From: Pseudomonadota bacterium
GTDB lineage: Bacteria; Desulfobacterota; Syntrophobacteria; Syntrophobacterales; Syntrophobacteraceae
NCBI GenBank assembly: GCA_023442755.1
Contig: JAEZXS010000244.1
Location: forward strand, 1,801-65,800
Length of the DNA: 64,000 nt
Direction: 5' to 3'
Under the pieces are notes generated by a model. It saw nothing but the letters and a program-made list of their open reading frames with translations, had not been told where the DNA came from and made no database searches. Of this stretch, positions 10,049 through 18,425 are shown one piece after another (within the stretch, counting starts at the first letter, position 1; every line of letters begins with the position of its first letter). The position numbers were made by a program, and so were the translations under genes.

Positions 10049-11026
10049 CTACACGATCTCTTTTATCGCGGCCGTCAGCTTTTCCTCGTCGGGGATGTAG
10101 AAGCGCTCCAGGGGAGGGCTGGTGGGAACCGGGATATCCGGCCCCGTGACCCGCCTCAAGGGGCTTTTGAGGCTCGAAAATGCCTCTTCCATGACCACGG
10201 CTGCAATTTCGCCGGCAAATCCCCCTGTTCGGGTCGCTTCGTGGAGCACCACGAGGCGGCCGGTTTTTCGCACCGAGGCCAGTACGGTTTCCTTATCGAG
10301 CGGCGCAAGGGTCCTCAGGTCGATGACCTCGGTCTCGATTCCCTCCCGCGAGAGCTGTTCCGCTGCGCGCATGACGACGCCGAGCATCTTGGACCATGTC
10401 ACCACGGTAACGTCTTTCCCCTGCCTCTTTACGTCCGCTTTCCCGATGGGAGTAAGGTATTCCCCGTCCGGAACGGGGCCGGGCGCGAAATAGAGCATCA
10501 TGTCCTCTATGAAGACCACGGGATTTTCGTCCCGGATGGCGGATTTGAGAAGCCCTTTGGCATCGGCCGGAGTCGAGGGCATCACCACTTTCAGCCCCGG
10601 GCAGTGGGCCGCCCAGGCTTCCAGGTTGTGCGAGTGCTGGCAGCCCGCCCCGAAACCCGCTCCGCTCTTGATGCGTACGACAAGGGGAAAAGACGATTTC
10701 CCCCCGGAGAGGTATCTCAGCTTGGCCGCGTGATTGACGATCATATCCGATGCCAGGGTGAAAAACGGGTTGAACATGATTTCGACCACCGGCCGGAGCC
10801 CTGCCGCTGCGGCTCCGACGGCAAGCCCCGCGATGGCGGCCTCCGATACCGGGGTGTCCTTGACGCGCCCGGCGCCGAATTCTTTCAGCAGACCCGCCGT
10901 GGGGAGCATCGGACTGTCATGGATGCTCGTTCCGACACCTTCCCCGGCGATGAAGACGTTGGGGTCCCGTATCATTTCTTCTCTAAGAGCCTGATTGACC
11001 GCCTGCCCCATTCCCAGTTGCTGCAT
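10049..11026 (-). CDS. 2-oxoacid/acetoin dehydrogenase E1 component, beta subunit (transketolase-like)
   Basis: Full-length similarity to PdhB/AcoB-type E1 beta (IAGEGVG..., VKDTPVSEAAIAGLAVGAA, KVVMPSTPADAKGLL). Confidence 0.85.
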   Translation of the reverse strand: MQQLGMGQAVNQALREEMIRDPNVFIAGEGVGTSIHDSPMLPTAGLLKEFGAGRVKDTPVSEAAIAGLAVGAAAAGLRPVVEIMFNPFFTLASDMIVNHAAKLRYLSGGKSSFPLVVRIKSGAGFGAGCQHSHNLEAWAAHCPGLKVVMPSTPADAKGLLKSAIRDENPVVFIEDMMLYFAPGPVPDGEYLTPIGKADVKRQGKDVTVVTWSKMLGVVMRAAEQLSREGIETEVIDLRTLAPLDKETVLASVRKTGRLVVLHEATRTGGFAGEIAAVVMEEAFSSLKSPLRRVTGPDIPVPTSPPLERFYIPDEEKLTAAIKEIV

Positions 11027-11058
11027 GGCGCTTTCCTTTCATTCTGAATCGGAGATTT

Positions 11059-12024
11059 TCAATCGGCAAAGACATCTTCGAGCGCTTCCTCCGGGCCCGG
11101 ATAGGGGCTTTCCTCGGCAAAGCGAACCGCATCTTTGACGATCGCGTCGATTTCCGCTTCCATCTCCCGAATTCCTTCGGTGGTGATCAGTCCCCGCGAA
11201 AGAAGCTCGTCCCGAAGCCTCGGGATGGGGCATTTTCCCTGCCACGCCGCAATTTCGTCTTTGGGCTGGTATACCTGGTGGTCACTTTCTCCATGGCCGC
11301 GGCAGCGATAGGTTTTGCACTCGATGAGCGTCGGACCGTTCCCGGCAAGTGCGCGGTCCCTGGCCCTGCGAACAGCTTCGAAGATGGCCAGGACGTCGTT
11401 GCCGTCGACGATTTCACCCGGAATGGCGTATGCGACGGCCCGGTCGGCCATGTCTTTTACTCGGGTGTGCTCCTCGTAGCGCTGTGCGCCCGCATAGAGG
11501 TTGTTCTCGCACACGAAAATCACCGGCAGGTTCCAGAGGCTTGCCAGGTTCAACGCCTCGTGAAAGGAGCCCTCATCGGCCGCACCGTCTCCGAACAGGC
11601 AGACCGTTACGCGCTTTTCCTCCCGGTACTGTTGAGCGAAGGCCATGCCGACTGCGATGGGAAGGCCTCCCCCAACCACCGTGGTGGTGCAGGGGGCATT
11701 GATTTCAGGCACGGCAAGATGAAGCGTGCCGCTCTTTCCCTTGTTGCATCCCGTGCTCTTGCCGTAGATCTCCGCCATCAGCGCCCCGGGGTCCGCGCCT
11801 TTTGCCAGAAGATGATTGTGGCTCCGGTGGTTCGAGATGATGACATCCTCGGGAGCGAGCGCTGCGCAGACACCGGAGCCCACCGCTTCCTGCCCGGTAC
11901 ACAGGATCATCATCCCGGGGATTTTCCCCTGGATTTGGCAAAGCTCGGTGAGTTCCTCCTCGAATCGGCGGGAGAGGAGCATGGACCGGAACATCTCGAT
12001 TTTCTTTTCATTTGGCGCCTGCAT
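11059..12024 (-). CDS. 2-oxoacid/acetoin dehydrogenase E1 component, alpha subunit (TPP-binding)
   Basis: TPP motif GDGAADEGSFHEALNLASLWNLPVIFVCENN. I chose the start MQAPNEKK (ATG 12024), preceded by AGGAGA. Confidence 0.85.
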   Translation of the reverse strand: MQAPNEKKIEMFRSMLLSRRFEEELTELCQIQGKIPGMMILCTGQEAVGSGVCAALAPEDVIISNHRSHNHLLAKGADPGALMAEIYGKSTGCNKGKSGTLHLAVPEINAPCTTTVVGGGLPIAVGMAFAQQYREEKRVTVCLFGDGAADEGSFHEALNLASLWNLPVIFVCENNLYAGAQRYEEHTRVKDMADRAVAYAIPGEIVDGNDVLAIFEAVRRARDRALAGNGPTLIECKTYRCRGHGESDHQVYQPKDEIAAWQGKCPIPRLRDELLSRGLITTEGIREMEAEIDAIVKDAVRFAEESPYPGPEEALEDVFAD

Positions 12025-12058
12025 GATTTCTCCTCTGTTCGGAACCATGTGCTGTTTT

Positions 12059-12871
12059 CTATGCCTGAAGGGATTTCCAGGTGTGCCTTTCGAGGAAACT
12101 CCCCTCTACGTTGCTCTCCATTTCCAGGAACATCTCCCAGGGAACGCCGAAGGAGAGGTATTCGGAACCCAGAAGAGTGCGAACGTACTTCCTGGCCGAA
12201 ATATCCGTCAGCCCCACGACAGCCCGCGGCTTTCCCGATCCGGCTTCCCTGAAAGGCAGGATCCCTATGGTCTGGCAGCCCGCGGCCCAGGGGATGATGA
12301 CGTTATCCATTCCCTTTCGTGCATAGTTGGCGAGAATCACCAGCGCCGAAAGCTGGTCGGGATTGGCAAGGAAGACCACGGTTTCCGGCTTTTCCACTTC
12401 GGGGTTTATTTCCGGGAGGGGCTTGAAGAGCACGTAGGCCGATCTTGGCTCCGTTATCGGGAGCTCTTCGAGCCATTGCTGCACCAGTTCGGGTGATTTT
12501 ACGTAGCCTTCCCCCGAGAGGAAGCTTTCCGCGAACTCTTTTCCGGCGGCGCCCTCCAGGACTTTCCCAACTTGTCTTCCCTTTTCCCACTGGATGTTTC
12601 CCGATGAGAGAAAATGGGTAAAGCAGTCGATTCCGCCCGGGAAGTCCAGGTAGGCGTTCCCGAATCCCAGCCCGACGCCTCCGCCCCAGCAGCCGTATGT
12701 CTCACGGGTGAATGCTGCCGTCTTGCCTTTTGCGGCATTGGCAAACATGAACATGACGCAGCCCCATTTGCCTTTTTTGAACTGCAGGGCGTTGTCCGGC
12801 TTTTCATTCGCCAGGAAAACGGCGACGGGGTTGTATTTGAGGGCAACTGCTCCGGCTATTTTGGAGTCCAT
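12059..12871 (-). CDS. DUF169-family protein
   Basis: VALKYNPVAVFL...KWGCVMFMF...YGCWGGGVGLGFGN matches my memory of DUF169 (COG2043). Function unknown. Confidence 0.65.
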   Translation of the reverse strand: MDSKIAGAVALKYNPVAVFLANEKPDNALQFKKGKWGCVMFMFANAAKGKTAAFTRETYGCWGGGVGLGFGNAYLDFPGGIDCFTHFLSSGNIQWEKGRQVGKVLEGAAGKEFAESFLSGEGYVKSPELVQQWLEELPITEPRSAYVLFKPLPEINPEVEKPETVVFLANPDQLSALVILANYARKGMDNVIIPWAAGCQTIGILPFREAGSGKPRAVVGLTDISARKYVRTLLGSEYLSFGVPWEMFLEMESNVEGSFLERHTWKSLQA

Positions 12872-12883
12872 GTTCGAATCCTT

Positions 12884-13579
12884 TCATGGTCGCGAATATC
12901 GGATTCCCTCCAGGGAGAACCGGGTTATGTGGTCTGCCAGCCGCTCCAAATCGGACGGATCGAAGCCGTCCGGGCGAAGGGCCGCGATGACGCGCCTTCC
13001 CGTGAAATGGTGCAGGCACTGCCCGACGATGCTCATTGCACAGAGGAACTCCCGGTCGCCTTCGCCGGCCCCCTCGGGCTTGCCCGGCAGTTCGTGAAGT
13101 ATGCCGGCCAGGCGCCTGTACAAAGGCCGAATGGTGCTTTCCACCACCTGCCCCAGGGCGTCGGTTGGATCGGAGATTTCCTGGGCCATGAGCTTCATGT
13201 GCCAGCCCGGGACCCCGGTATCGGAGATGCGCAGGAGAAAGGCGTGAATGAAAGCGCGGAGTTTTTCCTCGGGCGTGGCCCGCTCCCCCAGCCCCAGGTC
13301 GGGCGGGTACTTGCTCAGGGCGGACTGGTGCGAGTGTTCGAGTACGGCCGTATAGAGTCCCTGTTTATCCCGGAAGTGGTAATTCATGGCGCCCAGGGGG
13401 GCGCCGGCACGCCTGCAGATTTCCCTGACCGTGGCCGATCGGAACCCGCGCCGGGCAAATACCTCCCCGGCGGCCTCGATCAGCCTTGCTTTCGTGCTGT
13501 CGCTTTTCTTCGGATTATCTTCCACGTTGTCCTCACCGGCCGGCTTCAAACAATTGTCTTGAACACAAGTATTGAACAT
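12884..13579 (-). CDS. TetR/AcrR-family transcriptional regulator
   Basis: HTH region KARLIEAAGEVFARRGFRSATVREICRRAGAPLGAMNYHFRDKQGLY. Its stop is 12 nt before the DUF169 gene. The start is ambiguous: the ATG at 13579 lies inside a palindrome, and a GTG at 13525 is preceded by GGTGAGGA. Confidence 0.8.
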   Translation of the reverse strand: MFNTCVQDNCLKPAGEDNVEDNPKKSDSTKARLIEAAGEVFARRGFRSATVREICRRAGAPLGAMNYHFRDKQGLYTAVLEHSHQSALSKYPPDLGLGERATPEEKLRAFIHAFLLRISDTGVPGWHMKLMAQEISDPTDALGQVVESTIRPLYRRLAGILHELPGKPEGAGEGDREFLCAMSIVGQCLHHFTGRRVIAALRPDGFDPSDLERLADHITRFSLEGIRYSRP

Positions 13580-13590
13580 TTGTTCAATAC
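13569..13590. promoter_or_regulatory. Perfect 10-bp inverted repeat GTATTGAACA-tt-TGTTCAATAC; candidate TetR operator
   Basis: Read directly. It is centred on the first ATG of the TetR ORF. Confidence 0.5.
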
Positions 13591-13624
13591 TGTCAACAAG
13601 AAATCCCGCACTTCAATGCAAAGG

Positions 13625-14145
13625 GAGATAAAACGCGAAGAAGAACGGACTGTTGCAGTAAGGCCGCGAAGGAAAGAAGGCACCGGAAGGCGCGAAGGCC
13701 AATCGAATTGAGGTGGTTTGGCAGTGAGGGCCTTTAGGTGCGATGTTTGTCCTGCCCGGGCCGGCGATTGTTTTTTCCCCACGCGAAGGCGCGAGGCCGC
13801 GAAGAAGAACGAACTGAAAAGAATTGCGGGACAGTCCCGGTATTTTGTGGGAGCGGCTTGCAGCCTCGATCCTTTAGAAACTTTTCAGGCAGCCTGAACT
13901 CATTTTCCCCAGGCTTTTCTTCGCTCCCGCGTTTCGCGGGATTCGCGTGGGAGAAGATCAATGTGCACCCTCGAAGAGGCGTTCCCACGGCAACACTGCC
14001 TGGAGAGAATGCCTTCCTTCGCGCCTTCCGGCTCATCCTCACCTTCGCGCGGGAACAAAGACATCGCGGCTGCAAGCCGCTCCCACGGCACATCCGCATC
14101 CGATTCGGGGCTTTCGCGCCTTCCTTCGCGGCTTACCGTTCAAAT
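13625..14145. repeat. Mosaic of short intergenic repeat modules (right copy, partly inverted relative to 8724-9004)
   Basis: Contains ttgcagtaaggccgcgaaggaaag (13653-), cccacgcgaaggcgcgaggccgcgaagaag (13778-), family-A units at 13845-13872 and 14063-14088 in opposite orientations, and an inverted copy of the 8861-8926 module at 13916-13976. It also holds inverted copies of aggcagtgttgc... (13985-14010) and ggtaagccgcgaagg (14120-14140). Confidence 0.75.
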
Positions 14146-14150
14146 CGGTC

Positions 14151-16460
14151 TCAGGCCCCCGCGTCCGGACCGATATCGTAAACGTAGTCGTATGCGGCCA
14201 GGACTTTCCGGTCGAGCGCGCCGGACGTGACCCGGTTTGCGACTTGTTCCCGCGGCAGGTCGAAGATCGCCTCCAGGAGCTGCGCGCGTTCCCGCTCGTT
14301 CGCCTCGGCGACGACGAAAAGCACCCGTGCGCTGTGCTGAATGTAGCGCGGCGAAAGGAGCTGCCGTTTCAAAAGCTCCATGATAACCGGGGCCTTGCCG
14401 CGGTCGAAGCGGCCCGGATCGCCCCGGCGGTCCAGTTCGGCGAAAAACTCCGCCGTCCATTCGTTGTGATATTCCCATACCTTGTCGAAGAGTTCCCGGG
14501 TGAAGCGTGTTCCGGCCTTGATCCGAAGATCGTTTACCGCAGGTTCCACGCCGTCGTTTGTGAGGGCCGGCCGTTTGAGCCAGCCGTCGCGGGTGACGGC
14601 CGCCTCGTGCCGGGCGAGCGTCCAGAGCCAGGAGACGTCGATCCGGTAGGTTGCGAGATCGTTCATGAACCGCTGCTTGAGTTCGTAGTCGTCGATCGCC
14701 GCGGCGAAGTTTCCGTTAAGAATCTGAAAGCCGTAGTTGGCGGCCATGTAGAACGCGTGCTGGATATGTTCGATCGTAACGTCGCCCCGCGGAGGCGCAT
14801 AGATGGATTCCCAGAGTTCCCAGGTGAAAAGCTTTTCCGGCGTATCCAGCTCTTCCCGGGAGACGACCCAGGGCGTGATCTTTCCCTGCGCATCGAGCAG
14901 GCCGCGGGATTGGAGCAGTTGCCGCTCGGGGTCGCTGAGGCCGCTCGAAACGGTCGGCACCGGGTGTCCGTTTACGTCAACCGTTTCCAGGGGCGCGTCG
15001 AGGATGGACTGAAGCTGCGACACCGGCGTCCGCAATGGGGCGTTTCCGGCGGCGACGTAAGCCGGTTCCGGGCTGGCGACCCAGCTTTGCCGGTAGGTAT
15101 CATAGAGCTTTCCCTTCACCCGGCCGGCAAGGATATCCTCCAGCGTGGGCTGCCGGCCGGCCTGAAGCGACTGGTCCGGAACGAAGATGAGCCCCAGGGC
15201 GCGTTCCCGCAGCTTGTCGATGACTATGGCGCGAAGCGCCACGGGGTTGGACCGCGAACGGCCGTACACGTCGCCCGGCTGGTAGATCATCACGGCGGCC
15301 ATTCCGCCGATCGGCGCGGCGGTGCTGAGTTCTCCGCCTTTCATTCCGGCCATCAGCATCATCAGCGCATTGTATTTCTGGTAGGCGATCATGTTGGGCG
15401 AGGCCATGCCGATGGTTTGCGGATCGGGAAATACCCCGTTGGGATCGTCTTTCCACATTTCGATGAGGCTGCCGAGGTAATCCCAGCGGCCGACGTTCGT
15501 TCCCATAAGGCGGCGTCGCAGGATCCAGGCGATAGCCGCGAGAAACCGGCCTCCGTTGCCTTCTTCGTACAGCATCTTGATTTTGAACGTTCCCGGCGGC
15601 ACCCCGATCGCGTCCTCGATCCGCGCCAGGAGCTTTTCCACTATCGTGGCTTCACGCGGGGTCTGTATCTTCGGAATATAGAAGTACGGGCATTTGCCTT
15701 CGCGCTCGAGCGCATCGAAATTGTTGAACACCCACAGGACCGCGATGGCGATGATGCCGGGTACGGGCCGGCCGTCGACCGTGATGTGTTCGAGGCGAAG
15801 GTGGATGCTCGGCGGGCGGACGAACACGACGGGCCAGTTCTTCGGGGGCGCATTGAGCCTGTAGGCGCGCTTTTTCCCCTTCTTGGTCACCTCGTAGGCG
15901 CGGTCGGCCCAGCGGCCTTCGAAAATCTCCCTGGCGTTTTTCATGGAAGCAAATATTCCGACCGGTTGTTTGGGGGCGCCTTCCGGCTGGAAGTGCGGGG
16001 GCGAGGCGTCTTCGAAGTCCGTCATGTTCATGGGCGCCGGGCTGTTCAGCGCATTGAACGCCATGTCGAGCGGATGCCACGGCCCGGTAAGTTCCAGGCC
16101 GGGGTTCGTCAGGGGATTGGCGTCATCCGGGATGGGCGTTTCGTCGTTGAGGCGCCAGCGGAACTCGGTCTCCCTGCCCAGGAAGTTGTCGATCAGACCC
16201 TGCACGATCTGGCGAAAGGTCCAGGACCGGCCCGTAACGGGGTCCGGAAAAGCGTCGTCCCATTTCGGCCATCCGTACTTTTCGCGGACGGGTGCGGAGC
16301 TGTTCAACAGCTTGCTGCGCGCGGCCAGGGTGGCCGCAATCTCGGGATTCAACTCGCGGGTGAGCGCAGCGATCGTTTCTTCGACGTTTACTTCACGCCC
16401 GTTTACCTTCCTGGTCCCGAACAGTTCGGGGAATTGCCGGAGAACGTCTTCGCGAATCAT
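14151..16460 (-). CDS. Malate synthase-family protein, unusually long (769 aa)
   Basis: Malate synthase signature pieces: MTDFEDASPP, NVGRWDYLGS, IGGMAAV. I chose the start MIREDVL (ATG 16460), preceded by GGACGAGGG. Confidence 0.65.
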   Translation of the reverse strand: MIREDVLRQFPELFGTRKVNGREVNVEETIAALTRELNPEIAATLAARSKLLNSSAPVREKYGWPKWDDAFPDPVTGRSWTFRQIVQGLIDNFLGRETEFRWRLNDETPIPDDANPLTNPGLELTGPWHPLDMAFNALNSPAPMNMTDFEDASPPHFQPEGAPKQPVGIFASMKNAREIFEGRWADRAYEVTKKGKKRAYRLNAPPKNWPVVFVRPPSIHLRLEHITVDGRPVPGIIAIAVLWVFNNFDALEREGKCPYFYIPKIQTPREATIVEKLLARIEDAIGVPPGTFKIKMLYEEGNGGRFLAAIAWILRRRLMGTNVGRWDYLGSLIEMWKDDPNGVFPDPQTIGMASPNMIAYQKYNALMMLMAGMKGGELSTAAPIGGMAAVMIYQPGDVYGRSRSNPVALRAIVIDKLRERALGLIFVPDQSLQAGRQPTLEDILAGRVKGKLYDTYRQSWVASPEPAYVAAGNAPLRTPVSQLQSILDAPLETVDVNGHPVPTVSSGLSDPERQLLQSRGLLDAQGKITPWVVSREELDTPEKLFTWELWESIYAPPRGDVTIEHIQHAFYMAANYGFQILNGNFAAAIDDYELKQRFMNDLATYRIDVSWLWTLARHEAAVTRDGWLKRPALTNDGVEPAVNDLRIKAGTRFTRELFDKVWEYHNEWTAEFFAELDRRGDPGRFDRGKAPVIMELLKRQLLSPRYIQHSARVLFVVAEANERERAQLLEAIFDLPREQVANRVTSGALDRKVLAAYDYVYDIGPDAGA

Positions 16461-16760
16461 GGTCCCTCGTCCTTCACTCGAGTTGTACGATGCGGTTATC
16501 ATCAGGGTTGCAGCCCGGAGCCGTCACGTGCGCGCGGGTCTCATCCGCGGCATGGACAAACCCTAACGGCGATAGTAATCCCGTATCGCTTTGTCAACGT
16601 GGACGCGCGGAAGAGCATGCCCGGCCGGGGAAAATCGCCGCTTGAGTAATGAACCACGAACATATACCATTTAGAAGATAATTATCGGCCGCGGCAATGG
16701 CGGCCGGCCGGATACCGGCCTGCCTCCCAGGTAATCTCAACACGATCGAGGAGACGCACA

Positions 16761-18047
16761 ATGCAGCAAAATCAACTGGACTTTACTATTTCCCGACTGG
16801 GCGAATGCCGATTTCCCTCCCCTATGTCCAGTATGCATTTTGTCGAAGAAAAGTCCCACGTGCTTTACGATAACGACCTGCAGACCGTCAGCCGATACCT
16901 GGAGACCAACAGGACCCCGCCTCTTTTCGAGAGGGCCGGCCCCAGAAAGATGGTCTATTTCAATCCCGCCGAACTGAGATGCGGAATCGTGACGTGCGGA
17001 GGGCTTTGCCCGGGGTTAAACGACGTCATTCGAGCCATCGTGATGAGCCTTTTCTATCACTACGGGGTGAAGAGCGTGTTCGGATTCTCTTACGGGTTTG
17101 AAGGGCTCAGCCGCAATCGGAAGCAGGAGCCCATCGAACTGTCGGTGGACGTCGTGGCGAGGATACACGAGCAGGGGGGGACGGTGCTGGGTTCCTCCCG
17201 GGGACCTCAGGACCCCGCCGACATGGTCGACACGCTGGAACGGATGAAAATAGGCATCCTTTTCATCATAGGAGGCGACGGCACCCTGCGCGGGGGGCAG
17301 GCTATCGCCGCGGAAGCCGCGAGGCGCGGGCTGAAGATTGCCGTCATCGGCGTCCCGAAAACCATCGACAATGACATATCCTTCGTTCAGAGGTCCTTCG
17401 GGTTTGAAACGGCGGTTTCGGAAGCCGGCAAATCGATTGTCTCGGCCCATGCCGAAGCGTTGGGGGCCCGGAACGGCGTCGGCCTGGTCAAGCTCATGGG
17501 GCGGGAATCGGGCTTTATCGCAGCCTTTGCCGCGCTTGCTTACAACGATGTAAATTACTGTCTCATACCGGAGGTCGCGTTTTCATTAAAGGAATTTCTC
17601 ACGAGCCTGGAAGAGCGGCTGGACAAGAAGGGGCATGCGGTAATCGTGGTCGGAGAGGGGGCGGGCCAGGAATTGATGAAGAAGACGCAACAGTGCGACG
17701 CGTCAGGAAATGTTCGCCTGGCCGATATCGGAAACCTCATGCGCGATGAAATCAATGCCCATTTCAAAAATGCCGGGAAAGAGATCAACCTCAAGTACAT
17801 CGACCCCAGCTACACCATACGAAGCGTGCCGGCCAACGCCCACGACGCGGCGTTCTGCCTGCTTCTCGGCCAGAATGCGGTGCATGCCGGCATGGCCGGG
17901 CGGACCAACATGCTGGTGGGCGACTGGGGTGGAGCGTTCACGCACGTGCCGATCCCCATGGCCGTGTCCAAAAGAAGGCAAATAGATCCGGACGGATGGT
18001 TATGGGATACGGTCCTGGCCTCGACCGGCCAGCCGAGAAGCATATGA
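16761..18047 (+). CDS. pfk: 6-phosphofructokinase (phosphoryl donor not assignable from sequence)
   Basis: CGGLCPGLNDVIRAIV, IIGGDGTLRG, GVPKTIDNDI, MGRESGFIA. GAGGAG lies before the ATG. Confidence 0.85.
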   Translation: MQQNQLDFTISRLGECRFPSPMSSMHFVEEKSHVLYDNDLQTVSRYLETNRTPPLFERAGPRKMVYFNPAELRCGIVTCGGLCPGLNDVIRAIVMSLFYHYGVKSVFGFSYGFEGLSRNRKQEPIELSVDVVARIHEQGGTVLGSSRGPQDPADMVDTLERMKIGILFIIGGDGTLRGGQAIAAEAARRGLKIAVIGVPKTIDNDISFVQRSFGFETAVSEAGKSIVSAHAEALGARNGVGLVKLMGRESGFIAAFAALAYNDVNYCLIPEVAFSLKEFLTSLEERLDKKGHAVIVVGEGAGQELMKKTQQCDASGNVRLADIGNLMRDEINAHFKNAGKEINLKYIDPSYTIRSVPANAHDAAFCLLLGQNAVHAGMAGRTNMLVGDWGGAFTHVPIPMAVSKRRQIDPDGWLWDTVLASTGQPRSI

Positions 18048-18080
18048 GCGGGGTTGCCCAACTGGAGCCGGCAAGAAATA

Positions 18081-18304
18081 CATCCACCGCAGAGGCGCAG
18101 AGGACGCCGAGAAGAAAAAAGAAAAAGCGATGGCATCGGCTCCGAAGTCTTTGCGCTCTCTCCAATTGTCTTCGCGCCCGTACACGCACGGTTGAGGGAG
18201 TTGCCAAAGCAGAGGCCACGGAGAGTGGGTAAACGACACGTCCCGTTTTGGCCTTTATTTCCGCCCGTTTTCCCGTTCTTCCTCCGCGATCTCTGCGGTG
18301 AGAC
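18081..18304. repeat. Pair of inverted family-D units (CACCGCAGAGRCGCAGAGGACGCCGAGAA) enclosing about 160 bp
   Basis: catccaccgcagaggcgcagaggacgccgagaag (18081-18114) and, in the inverted sense, cttcctccgcgatctctgcggtgagac (18278-18304). Confidence 0.65.
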
Positions 18305-18425
18305 CGTCTTTTTCAGCACCAGTCCGGGCGTTTGCGCAATATCCTAAAGTTGACGGCTATGGGCTTTCGCCGGAGTGACGCCACAGTTCGCCCCCGACCC
18401 CTTGCTGTAATCCGGGATATCGGGA

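Noticed and set aside
8724-14145. The possibility that the recurring palindromic units form a CRISPR array
   Set aside because: The units are palindromic, occur in both orientations, have irregular spacing from tens of bp to kb, and are scattered across the whole window. No cas genes are present.
13947-16649. 900-aa ORF on the plus strand
   Set aside because: It is entirely antisense to the malate synthase-family gene. Its composition is Arg/Gly/Pro-rich, typical of shadow ORFs in GC-rich DNA, and I recognise no motif.
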